Positions 16,298 through 25,300 of a stretch of 32,555 nucleotides of DNA are shown here, piece after piece. The stretch spans positions 1-32,555 of the forward strand of contig CAZSLG010000001.1 of NCBI GenBank assembly GCA_964607745.1. The letters are read 5' to 3'. The stretch's first letter is position 1. Each line of letters opens with the position of its first letter. The position numbers were made by a program, and so were the translations under genes. Source of the stretch: an uncultured Gammaproteobacteria bacterium (lineage in GTDB: Bacteria; Patescibacteriota; Microgenomatia; UBA12405). Below the pieces are notes generated by a model that saw nothing but the letters and a program-made list of their open reading frames with translations, did no database searches and was not told the origin of the DNA.

Positions 16298-16372
16298 GTA
16301 GGGGTTTCATTCATGAAACCCAAAAATGGCAAATAAATAACCATCGGTGGGTTTGATAAATCAAACCCCTAC
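16298..16372. repeat. Inverted REP doublet (REPIN-like) 2 nt after the trxB stop, a possible terminator
   Basis: GTAG-GGGTTTCAT-TC-ATGAAACCC (16298-16321) and GGGTTTGAT-AAA-TCAAACCC-CTAC (16349-16372) face each other. The linker contains CATCGGT, which is also seen next to REPs at 19803-19811 and 22050-22058. Confidence 0.75.
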
Positions 16373-16411
16373 GTTGGTATTAATTAATTATAAATTTGTT
16401 TTTTTCAAAAT

Positions 16412-17638
16412 ATGGATAGTCCAGGAAAGAAGATGCTTGAATCGGCACAAGCACTTATTACTAAAACCGCCGAAAAAATGCAGTTAGACCGCGAGATGAT
16501 CAAGCGCCTCATCGAGCCGGAATTTGCTCATGAATTTGCCCTCACAATTACCATGGATAGTGGCAAAAAAAAGGTCTTTAAGGGTTGGAGAATTCAACAT
16601 AATGGTGCCCTTGGACCTTATAAAGGTGGGATAAGATTTCATTTTGAAACCGTCCGTGAAGAAGTTCAAGCACTGGCAACTTTAATGTCAATTAAATGTG
16701 CCGTAGCCGGTCTTCCGTATGGTGGAGGAAAAGGTGGGATTGTGGTTGACCCAAAAAAACTATCAAAAACAGAATTAGAAAGGCTGTCAAGAGCTTTTGC
16801 CAACAGGATTGCTCATGTAATCGGAGAAGACGTTGATGTCCCGGCTCCCGACGTTAATACAACCCCGGAAATAATGGGCTGGATGCTTGATGAATATCAA
16901 AGAATAATTGGCCACAAAAGTCCGGCCACCTTTACTGGAAAACCAATTGCAATGGGCGGGAGTTTAGGAAGAACTGAGGCGACTGGTCGGGGTGGACTGT
17001 TTGGCCTATTATCTTTACTTGCTAAGATGAAGAAAAAGGCAAAAGGGACAACAGTGGCCGTCCAAGGATTTGGCAATGTTGGTTATTATTTTGCCAAACT
17101 GGCGACCGAGGTTGGTTTTAAAGTGGTGGCAATTTCCGATTCCAGATCAGGAGTTTATGATAAAAACGGAATTGATTTGGACCGCGCTTTAAAGAATAAA
17201 AAGGAAAAAGGAACCGTTTCATACGGTAAAACTATTTCCAATGAAGAATTATTAGAGCTCGATGTTGATGTATTAGTACCGGCTGCTCTTGAAAATATGG
17301 TCAATGAAAAGAATATGGCCAAAATCAAAGCGCCTATCATTGTTGAAATGGCTAATGGCCCATTAACTCAAGAAGCTTACGAATATTTAGCCAAAAAAGG
17401 CAAAGTAATCGTTCCTGATGTTTTTGCCAATTCCGGAGGAGTAATCGTTTCTTACCTTGAATGGGTTCAGGGTAAAGCCGGATTTTGGTGGAGCGAAAAA
17501 GAAGTTAATGATAAGCTGAAAGTTATGATGGAGAGGGCTTTTGAGGCGATCTGGAAAAAGTCTGTTGAAAAAAAGATGCCTTTGAAACAAGCAGCCTTTG
17601 AAGTCGCTCTTGAAAGAATCACATCGGCAATGGTTTGA
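16412..17638 (+). CDS. gdhA: Glutamate dehydrogenase (Glu/Leu/Phe/Val dehydrogenase family)
   Basis: Matches: GPYKGGIRFH, the catalytic-Lys region GLPYGGGKGGIVVDPK, DVPAPDVNT, the Rossmann motif VQGFGNVG, and a VPDV.ANSGGV..SY.EW.Q C-terminal domain. Confidence 0.9.
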   Translation: MDSPGKKMLESAQALITKTAEKMQLDREMIKRLIEPEFAHEFALTITMDSGKKKVFKGWRIQHNGALGPYKGGIRFHFETVREEVQALATLMSIKCAVAGLPYGGGKGGIVVDPKKLSKTELERLSRAFANRIAHVIGEDVDVPAPDVNTTPEIMGWMLDEYQRIIGHKSPATFTGKPIAMGGSLGRTEATGRGGLFGLLSLLAKMKKKAKGTTVAVQGFGNVGYYFAKLATEVGFKVVAISDSRSGVYDKNGIDLDRALKNKKEKGTVSYGKTISNEELLELDVDVLVPAALENMVNEKNMAKIKAPIIVEMANGPLTQEAYEYLAKKGKVIVPDVFANSGGVIVSYLEWVQGKAGFWWSEKEVNDKLKVMMERAFEAIWKKSVEKKMPLKQAAFEVALERITSAMV

Positions 17639-17649
17639 TTACTAATATT

Positions 17650-17736
17650 AAAGCGCGCCACTAAATTTTATTGCTCTGTTGGAGCCGCCTCGCAGTCGCG
17701 AGGTCCAAAGTCGCAAAAAATTAAGCGTCGCGCTTT
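17650..17736 (-). repeat. Family C long-palindrome element, copy C2 (inverted relative to C1), just after the gdh stop
   Basis: Its reverse complement aligns with 1834-1921 along the full length with only a few substitutions, judged by eye. Confidence 0.8.
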
Positions 17737-17751
17737 TGCGTATCTTTCCCA

Positions 17752-17760
17752 TGGTATAAT
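17752..17760 (+). promoter_or_regulatory. Extended -10 element TGGTATAAT upstream of the M23 peptidase gene
   Basis: Exact TGnTATAAT. GGAG at 17787-17790 is one of the few visible SD-like sites in the window. Confidence 0.45.
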
Positions 17761-17797
17761 GTAAGCCTGTTTTACTTGTATTGAGCGGAGTCGAAAT

Positions 17798-18853
17798 ATG
17801 AATGAAATAGGCGAGTTCATTATTTTTTTAAGAAACTATCTACTATCCCGACTTTTAAGCGCGGGGCATGTATTTGAAGGCATAAAAGACATTGTTGTTG
17901 CTTTCCTAATAGTTAAGAGAGGTAAGTATTCTTCGTCTTTTTTAAATACTTCCTTCTTGATGATCGTGGCTGCGGCTATAGTTGGCGGCCCGATCATTGC
18001 CGAAAACACTCCTTTTTTTCAATCGCTTGATGATCAAAATAATAATTACCAAGCTTTAGTAGTTTCTTACAATCCTTATGGCGGTTCCCTTTCAACCGTT
18101 TTTTCGGTTAAGCCGCGTGATAAAGTGGAAAACTATACGGTTCATGGCGGAGAAACACTAGCATCGATCTCAAAAAAATTTGACATATCTGTTGACACTA
18201 TTAGGTGGGCTAACAATTTGAAAGGGGATTTGATTAAACCGGATCAGGTTTTAAAAATTCCACCCGTGACCGGGATTGTCCACAAGGTGGCCTCGGGGGA
18301 AAATATCTATACGATTGCCAAAAAATATCATACTAACGCCCAAAACATATTAAATTTTCCGTTCAACAGTTTTGAAGATCTGGATACTTTTTCTCTTATG
18401 GCCGGACAAACTTTATATGTTCCAGACGGGACAATTGAACCGGAAAAACCCGCTTACCAGTTTGTTGCTTCGATCCAAGCGGGGACACAAGGATCCTCTA
18501 ATTTTATTTGGCCAACCTCAGGATCAATCACTCAGTCTCCAATTTGGTACCATATGGCTTTAGATATTGCCAACCCTTCGCTACCCCCAGTTCTGGCGGC
18601 TGATTCGGGAACGGTCGTCTATGCCGGTTGTCTTAACTGGGGTTATGGTTGCCACGTTATTATTGACCATGGTAATGGTTATCAAAGCCTTTATGCTCAT
18701 CTTTCTTCATATTCCCCCAACGTCGGAGACTCTGTTTCTCAAGGGTCACAGATTGGACTGATGGGGTCAACCGGAAGGTCAACCGGTACCCATTTGCATT
18801 TTGAGATCCGTTCGGGAGGGCAGATACTCAACCCATTGGGATTTCTTAAATAA
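17798..18853 (+). CDS. LysM-domain M23 family metallopeptidase (murein DD-endopeptidase-like)
   Basis: An N-terminal TM helix and two LysM repeats (YTVHGGETLASISKKF..., HKVASGENIYTIAKKY...). M23 motifs HMALDIA, IDHGNGYQSLYAHLS and GSTGRSTGTHLHFEIR are present. Confidence 0.9.
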   Translation: MNEIGEFIIFLRNYLLSRLLSAGHVFEGIKDIVVAFLIVKRGKYSSSFLNTSFLMIVAAAIVGGPIIAENTPFFQSLDDQNNNYQALVVSYNPYGGSLSTVFSVKPRDKVENYTVHGGETLASISKKFDISVDTIRWANNLKGDLIKPDQVLKIPPVTGIVHKVASGENIYTIAKKYHTNAQNILNFPFNSFEDLDTFSLMAGQTLYVPDGTIEPEKPAYQFVASIQAGTQGSSNFIWPTSGSITQSPIWYHMALDIANPSLPPVLAADSGTVVYAGCLNWGYGCHVIIDHGNGYQSLYAHLSSYSPNVGDSVSQGSQIGLMGSTGRSTGTHLHFEIRSGGQILNPLGFLK

Positions 18854-18871
18854 GACTAATGAGTCTTATTT
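18848..18871. terminator. Family H hairpin between convergent genes, a candidate bidirectional terminator
   Basis: AAATAAGACT-AATG-AGTCTTATTT is a perfect 10-bp stem. It overlaps the TAA of the M23 gene and lies 16 nt from the stop of the minus-strand gene. The stem is AT-rich, so terminator strength is uncertain. Confidence 0.4.
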
Positions 18872-18886
18872 GACTTATTTGGAAAC

Positions 18887-20917
18887 TTATTTCGCTTCCG
18901 GACTGGCATCTTTTGGCAACTCCAGCTTTGGGTTGATCTGAGCTGCTGGAGGCGTTGGCAGAATTAGATCGCTCTCAGTTTGTTTGTTAGTTTTATTCAC
19001 AGACCCATCTTCTTCCGGAAGCATTTTTTTAAACTCTTCCAATTCTTTCATCACTTTATCATAATCGGCTTTATTTAGTTTCGGGTCGATCAGTTTTATG
19101 GTTGCCTGCAAAGCGTTGACGGCCTGGGGATAATTTTTTTTCTGAAAATTAGCCCAGGCGTAGTTGTAGCTGGCATTAGGCCAATCAGGTTTCAAGGAGA
19201 TCGCCTGTTCAAAAAATCTTAAAGCATCGTCATATTTATTTTGAGAATAGTAGACCCCACCCAAACTGACTCGATATACCGGGTTTTGCGGGTCAGCTAA
19301 AATTGCCCGTTGGTAAGCCGAAATAGTCCAGACATCAGCGCCCTGGGCGGCATTAATGATATTAAGATAGATTTGAGCAAGACCGTTCCAGTTATCCGCT
19401 TTTTGCGGGTTCAAAGAAATGACCGCTTTTGCTTCGGTGATGGACGCCTGAACGGCTTGAGTTATAGTTTGACGGTCCTGTTCGGAAATTTTTTTTGTCT
19501 GGTCTTTTTTGACAATTCCATTGGCGATCAGAAGATTGGTTTGGGCAAAATTACTTCTAAACCTTTCAACGTACGGATTTAAAATAATCGCCTGTCTTTG
19601 GTTGTCATAAACTAGTTTGGCATTGTTTAAAGCTATACCGTCAATTGATTTTTTGAAAAAATATTCAGAAGCATAGGCGCGGCCGAGAAAATAACCGGAT
19701 ACACCGATCAGACCTAGGGAAATAATAATAACACCAAGATAAATAGGCAACAAGTCAGTTAAATCAAAATCTGTAGGGGTTTTGCGCGAAAAACACGTAT
19801 GATCATCGGTCGTAGGGGTTTGATTTATCAAACCCAATATCACAAAAAACAGAAACCAGACGATCAGGGAAGGAGAAAAGACGAAAAAACAAACAATCAA
19901 ATAAATAAATAAAATAAAATGTAGGGGTCGGGCGTGACCGACCCGCAATATTTGTTTGATTGCATAAACAACCAACAAACCAAACGCCAGTAATCCAAAA
20001 ATACCCGTTTCGGTGAAGATTTGCAAAATTGCCGAACGGGAAACATTAAAACTATTGATCTGCCACAATGGGGATTGGTTATACGCAAAGTCTTTTACCC
20101 GGGTAAAAATAGCGGAAAAATTATCCGGACCAATGCCGATTATTGCCGTCTGAGGGTTTTTCAGAATTTCCAGGGCAGCAAACCAGGAAAGCCGGAAGGG
20201 AGGTAATATTGTAGAGACGCCCAAATTGGGCGTCTGTACCGGTTTCATTATCGAATAAACAGTGAATAATAGGGCGGTCAGAGACAAGATAATAGATCCT
20301 AGATGATAAATGATAGACTGTTGGGGAGAGGTCTCTTCGCCTTTTTTCAAAAGATTAACAATAGCAATAATCGTAAAAAATCCCAGTAGAATTGCCAGAT
20401 CTAATTGTGCACCGACTGGGGTAAAACCTGGATTTTTGAGAAAGGCAAGATTTTGTGGAAGAGCAACGTTTTTGAAAGGTTGAAAATAGAAAATTATTGT
20501 GACCAACGATAGAATGATTGACATCAATTGTAGGGGTCGGGCGTGACCGACCCGTATTTCCGATTGAATTCGCGAAATATAAAAATACAAAACCGCCAAC
20601 GAAATCAACATCACCAACCCGAAATTTGGATTTAATAATGCCTGAATCTTGTTGGGTGAAGAAAGCAAAGTTGATACAGCAACAGACGTTAAAAAAAGAA
20701 GGATCAGCTTGTCAAAGGGTCGTTTTTCCCAAGATATTTTTTTGGAAACAATAATCTGGACGGTAGAGATCAAGACGAGCAATAAAACTCCAAAACCCAA
20801 AAGGTATAACTTGTTAGTGACAAAATATTCCTGGGTAAAATTAAGGAAGAAAAATGGAAATAAAAAGACCAAAGAATAAAGGAAAGTAGTCAAAATTTTT
20901 TGAAAAAAATTATTCAT
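18887..20917 (-). CDS. Wzy_C / O-antigen-ligase-like polytopic membrane protein with a C-terminal TPR domain and multiple in-frame REP insertions
   Basis: It has 10 or more TM segments and a loop ending ..FTETGIFGLLAFGLL typical of the family. The C-terminal TPR repeats read AYQRAILADPQNP...ALRFFEQAISLKPDWPNASYNYAW. REP-derived peptides are RVGHARPLQ, RVGHARPLH, VQTPNLGVST and TPTTDDHTCFSRKTPTD. Confidence 0.8.
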   Translation of the reverse strand: MNNFFQKILTTFLYSLVFLFPFFFLNFTQEYFVTNKLYLLGFGVLLLVLISTVQIIVSKKISWEKRPFDKLILLFLTSVAVSTLLSSPNKIQALLNPNFGLVMLISLAVLYFYISRIQSEIRVGHARPLQLMSIILSLVTIIFYFQPFKNVALPQNLAFLKNPGFTPVGAQLDLAILLGFFTIIAIVNLLKKGEETSPQQSIIYHLGSIILSLTALLFTVYSIMKPVQTPNLGVSTILPPFRLSWFAALEILKNPQTAIIGIGPDNFSAIFTRVKDFAYNQSPLWQINSFNVSRSAILQIFTETGIFGLLAFGLLVVYAIKQILRVGHARPLHFILFIYLIVCFFVFSPSLIVWFLFFVILGLINQTPTTDDHTCFSRKTPTDFDLTDLLPIYLGVIIISLGLIGVSGYFLGRAYASEYFFKKSIDGIALNNAKLVYDNQRQAIILNPYVERFRSNFAQTNLLIANGIVKKDQTKKISEQDRQTITQAVQASITEAKAVISLNPQKADNWNGLAQIYLNIINAAQGADVWTISAYQRAILADPQNPVYRVSLGGVYYSQNKYDDALRFFEQAISLKPDWPNASYNYAWANFQKKNYPQAVNALQATIKLIDPKLNKADYDKVMKELEEFKKMLPEEDGSVNKTNKQTESDLILPTPPAAQINPKLELPKDASPEAK
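19773..19835 (+). repeat. Two tandem REP-like units joined by the ATCATCGGTC linker, in frame in the Wzy_C gene
   Basis: GTAGGGGTTTTGCGCGAAAAAC (weak stem), then GATCATCGGTC, then GTAG-GGGTTTGAT-TT-ATCAAACCC. The second stem is nearly the same as at 16349-16368. Confidence 0.7.
19921..19944 (+). repeat. REP hairpin in frame in the Wzy_C gene
   Basis: GTAG-GGGTCGG-GCGTGA-CCGACCC. Confidence 0.85.
20211..20239. repeat. GTAG-headed perfect palindrome in frame in the Wzy_C gene
   Basis: GTAG-AGACGCCCAA-A-TTGGGCGTCT-GTAC. Confidence 0.65.
20530..20553 (+). repeat. REP hairpin in frame in the Wzy_C gene, identical to 19921-19944
   Basis: GTAG-GGGTCGG-GCGTGA-CCGACCC. Confidence 0.85.
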
Positions 20918-20936
20918 ATCTACATAATAATACAGA

Positions 20937-21761
20937 TCAATCTGGGAAACAAGCCTTTACACAAGTAGTGACATCGGTGTAATAAGTTTCACCCGGGTGG
21001 ATCGCTTTACATGCAGCATAATCGCCACAAGCATTACAGTTCGGATTGACAAATAGGGTAGCAAAGGTTGAACAGTTACCAACATAGACAATGGTTGGAT
21101 TCGGGCTGGGAGCAATTCCGGTCGGGGTGGGAGTAGGAGTGGGAGTTGAAGAGATACTTGGAGTGGCGGTAGGAGTTAATGGATTCGGGGTTGAAGTTGG
21201 ATTAGGAACTGACGTAGCCGTTGGATTTGGAGGATTGGTAGTTGGACCAATTCCTTCTTCAAGGATAATATTGGAACTTGAAAGAAAATAATTATAGTTT
21301 ATGTTTCCTGGTGGTCCACAGCCGTTTTGGCAGCCAACCTCAGAGATCACAGGGTCACTGTTATTTGATAGTGAGGTATATGTGATATACCAACCGGGAC
21401 AACTGCTTCCATCAGTTTGGTAAAGATATTTTTTGTTTGGCTGTCTCGGATCACAGGGAAGGCTGGAAAGATAAGGAGAAAATGACGGCGACTGTGGTTC
21501 CGTGCCGCAAATATGACAGGAGTTATTAGAGTCGACCGTGTCATAGCAAATATCTTGGGCTTTTGGATAGCAGTTTTTATCGTTGTACCAATCTTCAAGG
21601 ACTTTTCCTAACGATGATAATTCACTCTTTCTTTTGCTGTCCTGGCTTTTGTTGATCTGTCCGAAGGGATTTAAGGAAACTAAAAGGGCCGTGGCTAAAA
21701 TAACCAGTAGAACGATAACGATCAACAATTCCATCAGGGTGAAACCTCTTTTCATTTTCAT
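20937..21761 (-). CDS. Type IV pilin / pseudopilin with a PT-rich linker and a Cys-rich C-terminal module
   Basis: The class III signal MKMKRGFTLMELLIVIVLLVILA has G before F and E at +5. It is followed by [35 protein letters not shown] and a C-terminal Cys cluster. Confidence 0.88.
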   Translation of the reverse strand: MKMKRGFTLMELLIVIVLLVILATALLVSLNPFGQINKSQDSKRKSELSSLGKVLEDWYNDKNCYPKAQDICYDTVDSNNSCHICGTEPQSPSFSPYLSSLPCDPRQPNKKYLYQTDGSSCPGWYITYTSLSNNSDPVISEVGCQNGCGPPGNINYNYFLSSSNIILEEGIGPTTNPPNPTATSVPNPTSTPNPLTPTATPSISSTPTPTPTPTGIAPSPNPTIVYVGNCSTFATLFVNPNCNACGDYAACKAIHPGETYYTDVTTCVKACFPD

Positions 21762-21776
21762 AATTTTATTTTACAC

Positions 21777-22337
21777 CTATTTTTTATTTGCATTCACCGG
21801 ATTATTTCGATCCCGATCCCACATCAATGGGTTGTTAATAATATATTCACGGATTTTATTTAGATCGGATTCATTATGGATGATGTGTTCGTAATAATTG
21901 CGTTGGAATATTTTTTTGCCAGGTGTATTTCGTAATTTATTAATTTGTTTTGAACATTCCGTTTTAAACATCCCAACGATAAAACCCAACGTGCCTGTAG
22001 GGGCGCGGCGTGACGCGCCCGTATCAAATAATTGTGACGCGCCCGTAATCATCGGTCGTGCGCCCGAAACAATATGTAAAATAAAATGTACGTGATTTGG
22101 CATTATTTGAAATGCATCCAATTCAACCGGATGATGTTTGGGTAATGATTCCCATACATTTTCAATGATTTTTCCGTATTGATTTAAATTCATTGAAACG
22201 GGTCGGTCACGCCCGACCCCTACAACAATATCCCCAAACAAACATTCCCGGTTTTCTGTACAAATTGTGACAAAATACAACCCCGATTTTGAATAATCAT
22301 AATTTTGTAACCTGATTGATTGTCTATTTTTGACCAT
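21777..22337 (-). CDS. REP-associated tyrosine transposase (RAYT; IS200/IS605-type Y1 HUH enzyme), copy 1
   Basis: Matches: RLQNYDYS..GLYFVTICT..R...FG, the HUH motif MPNHVHFILH, the catalytic Tyr region FQRNYYEHIIHNE..L..IREYIINNP..W. It has an ATG start. Confidence 0.88.
   Translation of the reverse strand: MVKNRQSIRLQNYDYSKSGLYFVTICTENRECLFGDIVVGVGRDRPVSMNLNQYGKIIENVWESLPKHHPVELDAFQIMPNHVHFILHIVSGARPMITGASQLFDTGASRRAPTGTLGFIVGMFKTECSKQINKLRNTPGKKIFQRNYYEHIIHNESDLNKIREYIINNPLMWDRDRNNPVNANKK
21997..22047 (+). repeat. REP hairpin inside RAYT copy 1, plus a 24-bp extra segment repeating its 3' half
   Basis: GTAG-GGGCGCG-GCGTGA-CGCGCCC at 21997-22020. GTGACGCGCCCGTA occurs at both 22010-22023 and 22034-22047. 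RAYT copy 2 lacks the extra 24 bp (8 aa, SQLFDTGA). Confidence 0.8.
22200..22223 (-). repeat. REP hairpin inside RAYT copy 1
   Basis: GGGTCGG-TCACGC-CCGACCC-CTAC, read in the gene as VGVGRDRP. Confidence 0.85.
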
Positions 22338-22367
22338 ATTTTTATGGTGTTTACCCCGTAAACTTGT

Positions 22368-25300
22368 TTACGGGGATCCCGTTGCCGGACCGAATCTAAT
22401 TGAACTATTTTCGTTATATAAGGTCTTGATTTGTAACGGGGTCAGGGCGTAATTGAAAACCCGGACATCGTCTATCTGGCCGTTGAAATAGCGGTTAACA
22501 GCTTCTGTATCATTTCCAATTATGAGTGACTGTCCTGATGTTGTTATTCCGCCAGAATAATTAACACTATTTTCCTGTTTTCCATTGACAAACACTTTTG
22601 CAGTTGTGCCGTCATATGTTGCGGTAACAAAAAACCAATCACCAGTTTCTATATTTGTTGTTCCGGTTAGAGTCTGGTATGGAGAACCACCAATGTCAAA
22701 TCTTAAACGACTAGAGTTGTCAATGTTAATTTGATAACCAGTGTTAACAAATTTATCTATTATTCCTGAATAATTGTTTGTTCCTGATGTTTTAATCCAT
22801 GCGGCAACAGTAATGGAATTTGAATTTAGTGCAGAATTATCAGTAATTGAAACATAATCATCCGTTCCGTCGAATTCCAGACTGGAGTTATATTTTCCGG
22901 TTACCCCGTCTTTCCAGGCCTCGCCGGCACTACCCGTACAAGTCCCCGCTGAAGTATTTGTTCCCGTTGCTCCAATTGTGATTGTCCCGCTATTTCCATT
23001 ACCGGATGAGTCGTTAGCAGTATTTCCTTGACACTCATCCATCTTCCAATGTCCCACCGGCCCGCCGCGATTGTAGTCCCAGGCGATTTGAGCCGGCGTT
23101 CGGGCGTAGTTGTAGATACGGACGTGGTCAATAGTGCCTTGAAATTCTTCCCATGCCGAAGCAGAACAACAAGCATTTCCTAAGATATCATTTTGAGCAT
23201 TGGTAATATCAATTATTGTGGACATTGATTGTGTAGTTCCAACATTAATTGATCCGTCAATATATAGAACAGCGTTACCGTCTCGGTCTCCAACCAAGGT
23301 GGCATTATGCCAATTGTTATCTATGTAGGTTGAGGTAGTTGCGCTATTAATGAAATGGCCGCCATTGTCCCTAATATAATATGAAACTTCTCCTGTTCCA
23401 GCAACGAAAAGTCCAATACCAGCCCAATCAATACCTCCATCTCTGCTGTCGAAGATTGTTTGAGTATAACTGGATCCTGTGCTTTTAAACCAAGCTGAAA
23501 TAGTAATGTCTTTATTAGTGCTAAAAGTAGTAGCGGAATTATATGGAACACTAATTAGATCGGACCAATCATTGCCCCCGTCGAAATTAATACCTGAACC
23601 AAATTTTCCTGAACGCCACCTAGGGCTACCAGTAAATGTTCCGGTTAGTCCATTCCCACTCGTATCATACGCGTTCGTGCCGGTTTTTTCGTCAAACTTC
23701 CATTCGCCAACCGGAGCAGAGCAGGAAGTCGTATCTCCTGGAACGCAATATCCACGGGCGGAAGAATTATCCGCTACAGCGCCTGTCGAATCGGTTGACA
23801 CAGAGCCTAAAACCATCGCTGATCCATGATTATAGTCCAATTTTATTTCGTCTGACGTGAGAGCAGAGTTATAAATTTTCACTTCGTCAATTAACCCATT
23901 AAAATAAAATCCGGAAGCATTAAAAGTACCAATAAGAAGATCAATACTGGAAGTTGTCAAAGAAAAAGTACGAGCGGTCGAAAATTTATTAATTCCATCT
24001 AAATATCCTGCCCACGTAGTTCCATCATAACTGTAGATAATCTGATGCCAATTAGTATCGGAAATAGTAATACCCGAACCAGTTCGAGGATTAGAGCCGG
24101 TATAACTACCGGAATAAAATTCAACTTGGTTATCAACATATTCCCAAATAATAGAATAAGAATTATCAGTTCCAGCATCATTTCTTTTGCTAATCAAGTA
24201 GCGATTAGTTTGAGTGAGATCAGAGGGTTTCAACCATAATGAAATGGTAAAACTATTAGTTAAATCAACACTGTTATTATCAGGGATATCTACATAATCA
24301 CCATTACCGTCAAAATTAATTGCTTTGCCAAATTTCCCGTTCATTGACCAGGTGGCATTGGTTTTTGTTCCATCCAATGCGGAACCTACGTTACCGGAAT
24401 TACACACGTCGTTTACTCCGCTGGAGCAGGTGTTGTCCGCGCCTTCGTCAAATTTCCAATATCCAAGTTGCGAACCAACCGGACTTCCACCCACGGGGTG
24501 GCCGGCGTTCATATCCTCGACGATTTGCTTGGAGTTACGGACGTAGTTATAGAGTTTTACTTCATCAAGCTTCCCGGCTAAATAGTTAGTGGAAATTTTT
24601 CCGAAATTAAGGGCGGAAGCATTTAGATTAGTTGCGGTCGTGACAGTTATATATTGCCACTGGTTAGCAGCCAAAGTTAAAGAAACAACACCGTTGACGT
24701 AAATAGTTGGAGAAGTAAATCCGGTCGCAGATAATGTTCCGGAGGTGGCAGAAATATAAGCTGAACCGTTTAAGTCAACAAAATAATTGGTTGTTGAAGT
24801 CGGATACGTCCAAAAGGAAACAGAGTTAACGATCGTTGGACCGGTGCCTTGAGAAATATAATCATCGGTACCGTTAAAATTTCCGGCCGAACCAAATTTA
24901 CCGGTCGTCCAATGGCTTGCACCTGTCCCATTCCAGGTGCCGGTGTATCCGTTGCCACTGATATCATTGATCGACGCACCGGTTTTTTCATCAAAGTTCC
25001 AAGATCCAACCGGACCAGGAGCCCAGTAGTATAGGTCTCGAACTTCTTTTCCGGAAAGGGCACGGTTGTATATACGGGCTTCGTCGATTTTGCCGTTAAA
25101 TTCATATGATGATAAACCAGCCTGTCTTGAACCAAATATTAAAGAGTTATCATTTGTAGAAGGTGTATTTGTAATGGTAGTATCTTTTTCTTTTAGTTCA
25201 CCGTTTTGATATATATACAAAGTATTATTTATATCATCAAAAACTCCAATAATATGAACCCATTGTCCTGTGGGAATAGCGGTTTGAGTATCAACTTCTG

